DNA of 64,000 nucleotides from Candidatus Hydrogenedentota bacterium. Lineage in GTDB: Bacteria; Hydrogenedentota; Hydrogenedentia; Hydrogenedentales; SLHB01. Within the stretch, counting starts at the first letter, position 1. Every line of letters starts with the position of its first letter. Shown here piece after piece: positions 39,942-49,700 of the stretch. The position numbers and the translations under genes were made by a program. The stretch spans positions 1 through 64,000 of the forward strand of contig CAVUWV010000033.1 in assembly GCA_963745075.1 (NCBI GenBank), read 5' to 3'. The notes under the pieces were generated by a model that searched no databases, had not been told where the DNA came from, and saw nothing but the letters and a program-made list of their open reading frames with translations.

Positions 39942-40024
39942 AGACGAATCCTTCTGAACTAAGGGGAATCTTGCGACAACCGGCGTATCTTACCATTCCT
40001 GCGGCGCGGATGGTACGAGGACTT

Positions 40025-40396
40025 CTATCGAAACGGGAGATCGATATTGTCGTTGTCGAGATACACGTAGTCGTCCGGATTGGGCGGTTCCCAGCGATAT
40101 AGTTTCAAGTCACATCGATCCTCGGCATCAAACCGGACGCCCTCTTTCTCCAGCATGATGCGTTGCAGATGGGGCCGCTCGACGTCACCCCGTCCGCTGA
40201 TGGCGCCCCGGTGGTTGATGACTCGCTGCCAGGGCACGTTTTCCCGTTTGCACGCCCGTAGGGCATATCCCACGGCGCGCGCCGCCCTCGGCGCGCCGAG
40301 AATCGTCGCAATCTGGCCGTAGGTCATCACCCGTCCCTTCGGGATCGCGCGGACAAGCCGGTACACGGCTTCATAAAAGCTGTCGGGTTCGCTCAC
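40025..40396 (-). CDS. Alkyltransferase-like protein (MGMT family, Trp replacing the catalytic Cys)
   Basis: IPKGRVMTYGQIA, ARAVG, VPWQRV; AAGGAGG RBS before GTG 40396. Confidence 0.88.
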   Translation of the reverse strand: MSEPDSFYEAVYRLVRAIPKGRVMTYGQIATILGAPRAARAVGYALRACKRENVPWQRVINHRGAISGRGDVERPHLQRIMLEKEGVRFDAEDRCDLKLYRWEPPNPDDYVYLDNDNIDLPFR

Positions 40397-40573
40397 GTGG
40401 GACCTCCTTTTCACTGCACCATAGCACGATCGCTGTGCGTGCGAGCTTCTCTAATGGATTTCTAATGAGTCCCTCGTCTCCGGCTAATGGGCGCCACGTA
40501 CCGTTCCCTTGTCTTACCGCTTATGACTACCTGTCGAAACGTGTTGGGGTTGACAAAATGGAAGGGGAAAAGT

Positions 40574-41638
40574 ATGTCCAATCGAAAGGGATTCACGCTC
40601 ATCGAGTTGCTCGTCGTCATCGCGATTATCGGTATTCTGGCGGCCGTATTGCTGCCCGCTTTGGCGCGCGCCCGCGAGGCGGCTCGCCGGGCCAGTTGTC
40701 AGAATAACCTGAAGCAGTTGGGCCTTGTAATGAAGATGTATGCGAACGAAGCGCGGGGCGAGAGTTTTCCGGAATTGCAGAAGACCATGCCCGGGTTCAA
40801 CAACGACTTGCAGGGGTTCGAAGTGCCGGAAGTGTACCCGGAATACCTGTCGGATCCCTTCGTGATGATTTGTCCGTCGGATACGCACGCCGACTCCAGT
40901 GCCTGGGGCGCCGACGTACTGGACATGGAGGACGGTATGAATCAGATCCAGGGGCTGATCGCGTCAGGCAACGCGACGTTGGACTGCGTGCTCGCGCATC
41001 TGAGCTACCCGCGGTCGTACATGTATTTCGGCTACGCCGTCCAGCACGGATCGACCGCGCGCCTGACGTGGAAAGCGGTGGAGAAAGTGCGTAAGAACGC
41101 ACGCGCCGCGAGTGACTACGTCGCCCTCGATTTGGGCGCCGGTTGCCCCTATAACACCGCCGACTATGAAGACGGGGGGTTCCCGGGCGTGTTTCGCATG
41201 AATCCCGATACCCCGACGCAGATCGACCTCACCGGCGAAGACCCGGAAGAGCGCGTCGTGGGATTCGACAGCTTGAATACTCCGATTCTTGGGCCCGATT
41301 CCGTGCAACGGCTGCGCGAAGGCGTGGAGCGCTTTCTCATTACCGACATCAACAACCCGTCGGGAAGCGCCAAGGGCCAGAGCGAATTGCCGGTGCTCGT
41401 CGATGCGTGGGGATTGACCAAAAAGCTGAGTTCAACGGTTGACGATTCGCGTGCCGGTGCCATCGGCACGTTCAACCATCTTCCCGGCGGTTCCAACGTG
41501 CTGTACATGGACGGGCACGTCAAATTCATCAAATACTCACCGTCCGGTGGCGAGTTCCCCGTGACGGGCTATTCCGATCCATACATTGAGAAAATCCAGG
41601 GCTGGTCCTCGCACATTGCGGAAGGAACCGCCGGATAA
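40574..41638 (+). CDS. Prepilin-type N-methylation / DUF1559 protein with H-X9-DG motif
   Basis: [50 protein letters not shown]. Confidence 0.92.
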   Translation: MSNRKGFTLIELLVVIAIIGILAAVLLPALARAREAARRASCQNNLKQLGLVMKMYANEARGESFPELQKTMPGFNNDLQGFEVPEVYPEYLSDPFVMICPSDTHADSSAWGADVLDMEDGMNQIQGLIASGNATLDCVLAHLSYPRSYMYFGYAVQHGSTARLTWKAVEKVRKNARAASDYVALDLGAGCPYNTADYEDGGFPGVFRMNPDTPTQIDLTGEDPEERVVGFDSLNTPILGPDSVQRLREGVERFLITDINNPSGSAKGQSELPVLVDAWGLTKKLSSTVDDSRAGAIGTFNHLPGGSNVLYMDGHVKFIKYSPSGGEFPVTGYSDPYIEKIQGWSSHIAEGTAG

Positions 41639-41679
41639 CTGGAATCATCGCGCCTCGTCACCATAGCGAAGATAGACGT

Positions 41680-41709
41680 GGGAGCGCGGAAAGAAAAGTC
41701 CGCGCTCCC
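41680..41709. terminator. Hairpin between convergent genes
   Basis: GGGAGCGCGGA - 8 nt - TCCGCGCTCCC; no long U tract. Confidence 0.5.
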
Positions 41710-41725
41710 GCCTACAGACTCGTTC

Positions 41726-42076
41726 TCAAGCGCGCTCTCTACGTAACTTCGGGTGCGGGGCCATCATTACGAGCAATGTCACGGGCTCGTCGCTGTTGTT
41801 GACCACCCCATGCAATACGCCGGCGGGCGCGATGGCTACGTGGCCGGGCGGCAAGGCATGCGTTTCATCATCCAATTGAACGTGACACGTTCCCTGCAGG
41901 GCATGGTATATCTTGTCCTCGTCATGGTGAACGTGCGGCCGCTGGGACTGGCCCGGCAGCAGGCAATACACGTCACAAAACAGGCGATATGATTCGTACA
42001 GATTCACCTTGTTCAGTTTATCTTCGGAGAATTTGGCCGCCGCCTGGGTGTCCCAAATCAACGGATGCGTATCCAC
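41726..42076 (-). CDS. Cupin domain protein
   Basis: PHVHHDEDKIY and APAGVLHGV motifs. Confidence 0.85.
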   Translation of the reverse strand: MDTHPLIWDTQAAAKFSEDKLNKVNLYESYRLFCDVYCLLPGQSQRPHVHHDEDKIYHALQGTCHVQLDDETHALPPGHVAIAPAGVLHGVVNNSDEPVTLLVMMAPHPKLRRERA

Positions 42077-42092
42077 GATTGATTGTCTCCGC

Positions 42093-43643
42093 TTATTGAT
42101 TCTTTTGTTCTTCCCGCTTTTTCAGTTGCTCGTGCATCGTTTTTTCGAAGCCCGGGAGATCTTCCAGCCGCAGCAGGACCAGGTAGTGCAGCCCCAATCC
42201 GTGTAGTTGCGGTGTGCTGGTCCGCTTGTGCGGCGACGGTCCCTGGCCCACGAAGGACAAGGTGTGCGTCTCGTCCGCCGTCAAGTCGTGTACGTCAAAC
42301 CGGGTCCACACCGGGTCAAGACCCTCGCGACAAAAATCGATGGGACCGCCGATGGCTGTGCCGTCCAGGCTGACCTGATAGACTCCCCCGATGAATCCAT
42401 AGTCCATCACCGCGTTGATCTGATACCGCCCATCTTCCGGAACCGTAAAATCCACCTCGACGGTCCCGGTCGGTGTAAACCCGATGTACTGGATTCCTTC
42501 GTCGGTTTTGGAAAGCCCCATGGCGGGTTCTGCCCGGGCTTCCAACGTGCCGGCCGGAACGACCCGATACGGTGCGACGCGATCGCGGGCGGGCGGTAAG
42601 GGTTCCGTGATTTGGATAGGTGGCGACTGGTACCAGAACGCGACGCCGCTGACGAAGTCCTGCCGGGGCAGAGTCTGTCCGAGATGTTCCGCGGCCCGCG
42701 TGAATATGCTTCCCCGGGTTTCCATCTGCACGCGCAACGACTTCTTGAACGGGATCGGGTCCGGCAAGTGCCAGCGGTATGCGGTCACCCGATCCCCCGC
42801 AAAATAGCCGTCCCACAGGGATACGCCGAAGTAGGGGGTGTCGAACTTGCGGAACCCCCATGCGTCGCAGAAGTAGTCCTCCGTGCCGGTACCGCTGAGC
42901 GACGGGTATTCCTCGCCGTCTACGTAGAACCGGTCGTCGCCTTCGCCGAACCAGCCAATCTCGGCCATGTGGTCGGACAACACCGTGCCCACGTATTGAC
43001 CGTGGCCTTGCGTGTCGAGCAAGACAAAGTCCTCGGGCCCGGTCGGATTTTCCTGGTGGTACCGGGCGTGGAAATAGACGGTGTCGTCCGGGAGACTGTC
43101 GTGCTTCTCCCAGTCCACATAATAGTAGAAGGAATCCGTATCGTATTCGCCTTCATTGGCGACCGTCACTCGCGCATGTTTCTTGAAGGGCATGCGCCAG
43201 TAACAGCTCCGGGCGCGGCCCTCGGACGAAACGACGGCCACCGCCGACTCGTAGTCCTCCCAGGCGGCGTGGCCCACCCCGAAGAAATCGCCGAGGGGAA
43301 CCTGGACGCTGGGGTGCTCGGCGCCGTCGTAGTAGACGCGCAGCACGTGCGTGCGGCCATGGAACAGGTCAAGGGTACCGATCGTGCACCAAATGTGGGT
43401 AATCACGCCCGGTCCTTCCAAATCCGCGATCGTCAGTTCTTCTCCCGCGGGAATCGGACGTGCGTCGCCGTTCTTCGTCAAGTCCTCGTTGGCGCTGCTG
43501 GAGCGCTGCGGCACGAAGTCAAGTTGGCGCGTAACCGAATCCAGAATCGATTCAGCGGGTGTGGGCTGGTTTGCTGCCAGGAAAACGAGCACTACCGCAA
43601 CGCGTGGCACCCAGCCGCCGATCAAGTTCCGCCGTGCAATCAT
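42093..43643 (-). CDS. DUF2961 / GH172-like glycoside hydrolase with C-terminal extra domain
   Basis: GPGVITHIW, VPLGDFFG, WFGEGD, GTGTEDYF, YRWH..DPI.F; signal peptide. Confidence 0.88.
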   Translation of the reverse strand: MIARRNLIGGWVPRVAVVLVFLAANQPTPAESILDSVTRQLDFVPQRSSSANEDLTKNGDARPIPAGEELTIADLEGPGVITHIWCTIGTLDLFHGRTHVLRVYYDGAEHPSVQVPLGDFFGVGHAAWEDYESAVAVVSSEGRARSCYWRMPFKKHARVTVANEGEYDTDSFYYYVDWEKHDSLPDDTVYFHARYHQENPTGPEDFVLLDTQGHGQYVGTVLSDHMAEIGWFGEGDDRFYVDGEEYPSLSGTGTEDYFCDAWGFRKFDTPYFGVSLWDGYFAGDRVTAYRWHLPDPIPFKKSLRVQMETRGSIFTRAAEHLGQTLPRQDFVSGVAFWYQSPPIQITEPLPPARDRVAPYRVVPAGTLEARAEPAMGLSKTDEGIQYIGFTPTGTVEVDFTVPEDGRYQINAVMDYGFIGGVYQVSLDGTAIGGPIDFCREGLDPVWTRFDVHDLTADETHTLSFVGQGPSPHKRTSTPQLHGLGLHYLVLLRLEDLPGFEKTMHEQLKKREEQKNQ

Positions 43644-43739
43644 GAAAAACCCCCTCGTTAGAATGTTGTGTTTCTGGGAATTGTATGCGGCGGGACCGGC
43701 GATGTCACGTCGGCAATTTCCGGTAACGCGATCTTCTGC

Positions 43740-44918
43740 TCACGATCCGGGCGCCAATTCGTAATCGGACTCTGGTGGAGCCTCCGGCGGAGCAGGCCAA
43801 TTTCGCAAGCACCATCGAATAATAGGGATGCCCGCGACGGCGACCGGTGCGATCGCCAATTCGATCCACCACATGGAGATCCGGCCCATACTCCCGGACA
43901 GGTGAATCCAACCTGCAATCGTGTCGACAACCGTCATGATGAGGAATCCATACCAGAAGAACGCCCATCGGCGTTGCGCCACACCCAGTAGGACGAGCAC
44001 ACGTGCGGATGTGTGGCACAGGATGGCCAGGACCCGTTCGACGGGTCCGATGAGCCAGAGCACGGACGTTGACGCCCCCAGATACGCGGTCATCACCTTG
44101 GTGAGATCCGTTCCGGGCACGCCCGCGAGCGATACGACCACCTGTGTGCCCGCAACAAAACCCAGCAGGATCGCTTCGAACGCTCCGGCGCCAATCCCCA
44201 CGGCGACCGCACGGTCGCCGGTTCGGGTCATTTGCCGCCACTTCCACGCGAACGCGAGCGTGATCCCGATTTCGAAGATCCCGGTGAGGAGCCCGATGTA
44301 AATGCTGCCGGCCGCGATATACAGGTCATGGGGAAGCGCGCTCTTAAGTAAACCCAGGATTGGTTCATTCAGCGCGACGGCCCAAAGAATCTTGAGGGCC
44401 ACGCCGACGGCCCAAATTCCGGCGCCGACCCAAAACCAACGAAGACGAATAGCGGTCTTTCGTTCCCAGCCGATTACGAAGATAAGCGCGACCAGTACCA
44501 TCAGCGGTCCGGACGCCAGCAACGCGTAGTAGGTGCGTTCCGGAGGTATTTCGACCACAACGAGGTGCCATTGTCCGGCGCAGTCCTCGGCGTCCATGGA
44601 GATCTCGACCGAACCCGCCGGCGCCGTGAACGTTCCCGCGGCGGCCTTGGACGACGGGCTCAACGACGCCTCGAACAGTCCGAAGCCATTGGCGCCGGCC
44701 GCGCGAAAGTACACGGTGCCCTGGTTCAGATTCCCCATCGCTTGATAACCGAGTTGGACCGTGTTTCCCGGCGAATCAAACGTGAAGGTGGCTTTGTCGT
44801 TCTCCGGATCGGGGCCGTATTCCTGGCGCTTGTCGAGCAGCGTGTCGGCTCGTGAGACGAGTGGAGCCACGAGAGACAGGATTGCCAGCAGCAAGAGCGT
44901 GCGCACGGTGTAGGTCAT
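43740..44918 (-). CDS. YhfC-like intramembrane glutamic protease homolog with N-terminal exported domain
   Basis: TGIFEIG, G.GAGAFEA, ERVLAILCH; signal peptide, ~110 aa soluble domain, then TMs. Confidence 0.7.
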   Translation of the reverse strand: MTYTVRTLLLLAILSLVAPLVSRADTLLDKRQEYGPDPENDKATFTFDSPGNTVQLGYQAMGNLNQGTVYFRAAGANGFGLFEASLSPSSKAAAGTFTAPAGSVEISMDAEDCAGQWHLVVVEIPPERTYYALLASGPLMVLVALIFVIGWERKTAIRLRWFWVGAGIWAVGVALKILWAVALNEPILGLLKSALPHDLYIAAGSIYIGLLTGIFEIGITLAFAWKWRQMTRTGDRAVAVGIGAGAFEAILLGFVAGTQVVVSLAGVPGTDLTKVMTAYLGASTSVLWLIGPVERVLAILCHTSARVLVLLGVAQRRWAFFWYGFLIMTVVDTIAGWIHLSGSMGRISMWWIELAIAPVAVAGIPIIRWCLRNWPAPPEAPPESDYELAPGS

Positions 44919-45002
44919 CAACCTCTCCCCCAAACCAGACTATTTCCGGTCGGCTCGGCGTCAACCGGATTATATCACGCGGCAAACGGCGCGCCGGGCG
45001 CC

Positions 45003-47168
45003 TCAGAATTTCCCCTGCTCGGTGGGCCAATCCTTTCCCGTATACCCCTGCATTCGGGCCACGTAGAGCCGTTTGACGATGATTCCCTCGCGCTGGACGT
45101 TGACCGTCTCGACAATCTCGCCCGATGCGAAGAAACCGTTGGCGACCATATACGTGACGAACGCCAACGCCTTTAATTGACCCCCACCCGTTACGAACAG
45201 GCCGTCCCGCCCGGTGAGTTCATCCCATCCATCCCAGAGATCGTATTGGTTGAGACGCCTGTCGCCGACATTCATGCAATAAGCACGTGGACGGCCCTTC
45301 GTATAAAAGGCCGACCATGCAGTCAGTTGATACCGATCGCTGAACGGAAAGGGATCGTTGTCCGTCCCGGCTCCGATGTGACGGGACAGGGCCGCACCCA
45401 GTTCACGGCCGCCCCGGAGTGCGTTGGTGGGGTCCATGTCAGGGTCAATCGTCACGGGACCGACGTGAATTCGTGACGGTTGGCCCTCGGCGTTCACCGT
45501 TTGGTCCGCCATGACGTAGAGCAGGTCCGTCGAGCGCGTGGCGAGCCCCATGACGGCCCCCAACGCGAGACCCGCGACCAAGGTGCGACGAATTCCCCGC
45601 CGCCGGTCCCGTTCCCGCCACATCCAGGCGAGGGCCGGGGCTCCCGCGATATAGGCGCATACGGGCCAGTTTGGTTCGGGGGCGTGCGTGATGGATATGA
45701 ACAGGTACGCGCCGAATATCGAAAGAAAGGCCAGGGACAACAAGGCGGCATCTCTATCGCGCTTGAAGTGCGCAATACATTTGCCCACGGCCCATACCAT
45801 GAACCCCAGGAGGATCGGGGACGCGACTCCCAATTGGCCCCCGAAGAACTGGGCCACGTGCTCAAGCGCGGTCGCGGGACGGAATGTGCCGGATGCGCCG
45901 ATGCTGGCCGTATGGCGGAACGAAATCCAGTCGTGGGTCCAATTCCAGTACAAGACGCCGGCGGTACAGGCCAAGGTTAGAACGAGCGCGACGTAAGGGC
46001 CCGGTTTTCGCCAGTGCGTCCGGTCCACGAATGTCAGGTACAGAACGAACGCCAACGGAAGCAGGACCATAGTGTATTTCGCGAGTAACCCGAACCCGAG
46101 GGCCACGCCGGTGACCCACCAGTATCTGGGCTCGCCATTGACCGCGCGGTGAAACGCGTAGAGCGCCGCAGCCCAGGAGAGGCAAAGCAACGGATCAATC
46201 GTCATGAGCACGGAACCCGCCCACATGGCAGGCATCGCCATCGTAATCAATGCGGCCAGGAGGGCCGTACGCTCTTGTTTGGCGATGCGAAGCGTCAATC
46301 CGTAGATAAGTGCGACCGTCACGGACGAACAAATCACCGCTCCCGAACGGATCGCCCATTCCTCATGCCCGCCCGCCGAAACGAAAATCGCCATGACGTA
46401 TGCAATCAGCGGCGGTTTGCTGTAGTACCCCAGGGCCAAGTGTCTGGACCAGTCCCAGTATTGTGCCTCGTCCCCGGCCAGGTCGAACCGATTCAGGTGC
46501 ACGAAAGCGAAATTGAACAGGGTCCAGGACGCCAGGAGGATGTAAAACGTGCGTCGCGCCGGATGAATCGCCGCCCAGCTTTCATGGCGGGGGCCACGCA
46601 ACACATTGTCTTTGTTCAACCGAAGTATCAACCCCGCGCTCACACACCCCGCGATCGTCCCCAGTGCGTAGCCCCCGAGTACGTCGCCGGGATAGTGATT
46701 GCCGGTGTAGATGCGCGAGAACCCCACGAGGAAGACCAGCGGTATCGTCCCCCACAGGGTTCGCAGGCTCAAAAACGCAAGGACTGCTGCCACGGCCGCG
46801 ACGTTGGCCGCATGGGTCGACGGGAACGAGAAGCTCTTCCGGCCGTCGTACTCGTACCACCCGGGTTCGTAGGTGATCCATTGGCCGCCCCGGTGGACGT
46901 GCACATCGGCAATCGCCGCGTAGGGCCGCGCTTCCCGGAAAACATTCTTGAAGACCTTCTCCGACCCGATGTCGGACAATAACAACGCGGGTATCAGGGC
47001 CAGCAAACCGAGCCGCGTGCGCTTACCGCCAAAAAAGATCAGGGTTCCGACGAGCACAGCGCCGGGGATTACGATGTAGTTCTTGTCGGAAAAGACGGGC
47101 AAGATCGCGTCGAAGAACGGATTCTTCAAGGATTCATTGATAATTCGGAACAGCGGCACATTAAACAT
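45003..47168 (-). CDS. PAP2 phosphatase - ArnT/PMT-like glycosyltransferase fusion
   Basis: KNVFREARP, SFPSTHA, SRIYTGNHYPGDV, then DEAQYWDWS, YYSKPP, LAKYT. Confidence 0.88.
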   Translation of the reverse strand: MFNVPLFRIINESLKNPFFDAILPVFSDKNYIVIPGAVLVGTLIFFGGKRTRLGLLALIPALLLSDIGSEKVFKNVFREARPYAAIADVHVHRGGQWITYEPGWYEYDGRKSFSFPSTHAANVAAVAAVLAFLSLRTLWGTIPLVFLVGFSRIYTGNHYPGDVLGGYALGTIAGCVSAGLILRLNKDNVLRGPRHESWAAIHPARRTFYILLASWTLFNFAFVHLNRFDLAGDEAQYWDWSRHLALGYYSKPPLIAYVMAIFVSAGGHEEWAIRSGAVICSSVTVALIYGLTLRIAKQERTALLAALITMAMPAMWAGSVLMTIDPLLCLSWAAALYAFHRAVNGEPRYWWVTGVALGFGLLAKYTMVLLPLAFVLYLTFVDRTHWRKPGPYVALVLTLACTAGVLYWNWTHDWISFRHTASIGASGTFRPATALEHVAQFFGGQLGVASPILLGFMVWAVGKCIAHFKRDRDAALLSLAFLSIFGAYLFISITHAPEPNWPVCAYIAGAPALAWMWRERDRRRGIRRTLVAGLALGAVMGLATRSTDLLYVMADQTVNAEGQPSRIHVGPVTIDPDMDPTNALRGGRELGAALSRHIGAGTDNDPFPFSDRYQLTAWSAFYTKGRPRAYCMNVGDRRLNQYDLWDGWDELTGRDGLFVTGGGQLKALAFVTYMVANGFFASGEIVETVNVQREGIIVKRLYVARMQGYTGKDWPTEQGKF

Positions 47169-47344
47169 CTGACAGAACATACCCTTCAAGAACTCCTGGC
47201 GCAACACGTTCGAAAGCTGAATGCCGCTTTTTGCGGTCCGTATGTATCATCGCGACGGACTGTTCGAGGATTGTTTGATTCCTGAGATTCGCCGTGCGGC
47301 CGGCCTAAGCCACGACGTGATTGCGGACCGGCATAAGCCGGGTG

Positions 47345-47373
47345 TTGGCAACGCACGCGCTCAGTTATATAAT
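47345..47373 (+). promoter_or_regulatory. Sigma70-like promoter
   Basis: TTGGCA - 17 bp - TATAAT, ~50 bp upstream of ATG 47426. Confidence 0.6.
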
Positions 47374-47425
47374 GGGCAGCGACCGTTCAATCAAGTATCT
47401 GGACACAAGCGGAGGAGGGAGTCAA

Positions 47426-48592
47426 ATGGCCAAGAAGAAAGTCAACGTAGCGATGGTGGGCGCCCAGTTCATGGGTAAGACCCACAGCAACGCCTGGCGC
47501 AAGGTCGGGATGTTCTTCGACCTGCCGGTGGAACCCGTCATGAAGGTCATGTGCGGAAAGTTCCCCGAAGAGCTGGGCGTTGCCGGAAAGTATGGATGGC
47601 AAGAAACCAGCTTGAATTGGAAAGAAGTGGTCAAGCGGGACGATATCGACGTGGTCGACATTTGCACGCCCAACGCGCTGCACCTTCCGATCGCCATCGA
47701 AGCTGCGAAGGCTGGCAAACACGTCGTCTGTGAGAAGCCCCTGGCGAACACCTTGAAAGAGGCCAACCAGATGTTTGCCGCCGTGAAGAAAGCGGGCATT
47801 AAGCACATGTGCGGATTCTCGTACCGGTTCGCTCCCGCGGTCGTCACGATCAGGAACATGGTCCAGAAAGGCGAACTGGGGGAGATTTTTCATTTCCGCG
47901 CCGCCTACCAGCAAGACTGGATCGTGGACCCGGATTTCCCCATGGTGTGGCGTCTGAAGAAGAAGCACACCGGTTCCGGTGCTTTGGGTGACATTGGCGC
48001 GCACATTACCGATTTGTGTCAGTACCTCGTGGGCCCCGTCGACGAAGTGTGCGGCACCTTGCAGACCTTCATCAAGAAGCGCCGTGTGAGCGACCGGGAC
48101 ACCGGGATTTCGGCGAAGGGCCACAAGACGCGCGGCGCCAAGTACGACACCGTGGACGTGGACGACGCGGCGGTATACGTGGGCCGGATCAAGGGCGCCA
48201 ACACGCTGGCCACGTTCGAAGCGACGCGGTTCGCCCCTGGGCGCCGCAACTACAACTCCATCGAGATCTACGGAAGCAAAGGTTCGGTCCTTTGGAACCA
48301 GGAAGACATGAACGTGTTCCAATACTTTAACCGAAGCGACCCCAGCCTGCTCCAAGGGTTCCGCACCGTCCAGGCGACCGATCCCGGCCATCCGTACGCC
48401 GATGCGTGGTGGCCCAGCGGACACATCATCGGATATGAGCATTTGTTCGTGCACGAAATGTACGAATTCCTGTCGAACATCAACAAGAAAGCCGCGCCCT
48501 ACTCGACCTTCGAAGACGCCGTCGCCTGTCAGAAGGTGCTGGACGCGGTGGAACGCTCGTCAAAATCTCGCCGGTGGGTCAAAGTTAAATAG
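47426..48592 (+). CDS. Gfo/Idh/MocA oxidoreductase
   Basis: GAQFMGKTHS, CEKPLA, GSGALGDIGAH, WWPSGHIIGYEH; GGAGG RBS. Confidence 0.92.
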   Translation: MAKKKVNVAMVGAQFMGKTHSNAWRKVGMFFDLPVEPVMKVMCGKFPEELGVAGKYGWQETSLNWKEVVKRDDIDVVDICTPNALHLPIAIEAAKAGKHVVCEKPLANTLKEANQMFAAVKKAGIKHMCGFSYRFAPAVVTIRNMVQKGELGEIFHFRAAYQQDWIVDPDFPMVWRLKKKHTGSGALGDIGAHITDLCQYLVGPVDEVCGTLQTFIKKRRVSDRDTGISAKGHKTRGAKYDTVDVDDAAVYVGRIKGANTLATFEATRFAPGRRNYNSIEIYGSKGSVLWNQEDMNVFQYFNRSDPSLLQGFRTVQATDPGHPYADAWWPSGHIIGYEHLFVHEMYEFLSNINKKAAPYSTFEDAVACQKVLDAVERSSKSRRWVKVK

Positions 48593-48657
48593 CGCGGGGA
48601 TTGTATTGACCGTCCCTTCACGGATTTATGGGGAACTAGGAACGGGAGGAGAACATC

Positions 48658-49620
48658 ATGAAACTCGGTTTACTTACGGTTATGTTCAGTGACAAGCCCT
48701 TGAAAGAGGTCTTGGACATCATACGTCCGTTGGAAGTGCAAACCGTCGAGCTGGGCGCCGGGAATTATCCCGGTGACGCGCACTGCAACCTGAAAGAGTT
48801 GCTCGCGTCGAAACCCAAGCGAGAAGAATTAAACGCCATGCTCAAGGGTGAAGGCCTCGAGATCAGCGCCCTGAGCTGCCACGGAAACTGTCTGCATCCA
48901 AATCCCGCTATCGGAAAGAAGCACGCGGAGGTGCAGTCCAACACCATCAAGCTCGCCGGGCTGCTCGGCGTGAAGGTGGTCAACGACTTTTCGGGATGTC
49001 CGGGATCGGATGAGAAGGCTACCAGGCCCAGTTGGGTGACCTGCCCCTGGCCGCCGGACTATCTTGAAGCCTTGGAGTGGCAATGGGACAAGAAGGTCAT
49101 CCCGTACTGGAAGAAGCAGGCCAAATTCGCCGCCGATAACGGTGTGAAAGTGGCTTTCGAGGCCCACCCGGGCTTTGTGGTGTACAACCCGGAGACGGTG
49201 CTGAAGTTGCGCAAGGCTTGCGGCAACAGTCTCGGCGCGAACTTCGATCCCAGCCACTTCTTCTGGCAGGGTATCGAGCCCATCGAAGCGGTACGCGCCT
49301 TGGGTAAAGCGATATTCCACGTCCACGCCAAGGACTCGAAAGTGTATGAAGAAAACGCGCGGGTCAACGGCGTGCTCGATGTCAAACATTATGGCGACGA
49401 AATCAATCGCAGTTGGATTTTCCGTACCTGCGGCTACGGCCACCCGCAGATCTGGTGGAACGAGTTTATCTCGACCCTGCGCATGGTCGGTTACGACGGC
49501 GCCGTCTCCATCGAGCATGAGGACTCGCTCATGTCGCGCATGGAAGGGCTCAAGAAGGCCGTCGCCATGTTGAAGCAGTCGGTAATGTTCGAGAAGACCA
49601 CGGCCATTACGTGGGCGTAG
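48658..49620 (+). CDS. Sugar phosphate isomerase/epimerase family TIM barrel
   Basis: CHGN, EAHPG, NFDPSH, HVHAKD, SIEHED. Confidence 0.9.
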   Translation: MKLGLLTVMFSDKPLKEVLDIIRPLEVQTVELGAGNYPGDAHCNLKELLASKPKREELNAMLKGEGLEISALSCHGNCLHPNPAIGKKHAEVQSNTIKLAGLLGVKVVNDFSGCPGSDEKATRPSWVTCPWPPDYLEALEWQWDKKVIPYWKKQAKFAADNGVKVAFEAHPGFVVYNPETVLKLRKACGNSLGANFDPSHFFWQGIEPIEAVRALGKAIFHVHAKDSKVYEENARVNGVLDVKHYGDEINRSWIFRTCGYGHPQIWWNEFISTLRMVGYDGAVSIEHEDSLMSRMEGLKKAVAMLKQSVMFEKTTAITWA

Positions 49621-49639
49621 GAACCCAACAACGCATCTG

Positions 49640-49676
49640 GGGTCGTCGCCGTCGGGCGGCGGCCCTTCTTACTTTT
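49640..49676 (+). terminator. Probable intrinsic terminator
   Basis: GGGTCGTCGCC-GTCG-GGCGGCGGCCC followed by TTCTTACTTTT. Confidence 0.6.
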
Positions 49677-49700
49677 CCCCTGGTGGATGAGGACACGTTG

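Noticed and set aside
40574..41638. DUF1559 prepilin-like protein as a novel system
   Set aside because: A common, highly paralogous family; isolated here with no secretion genes
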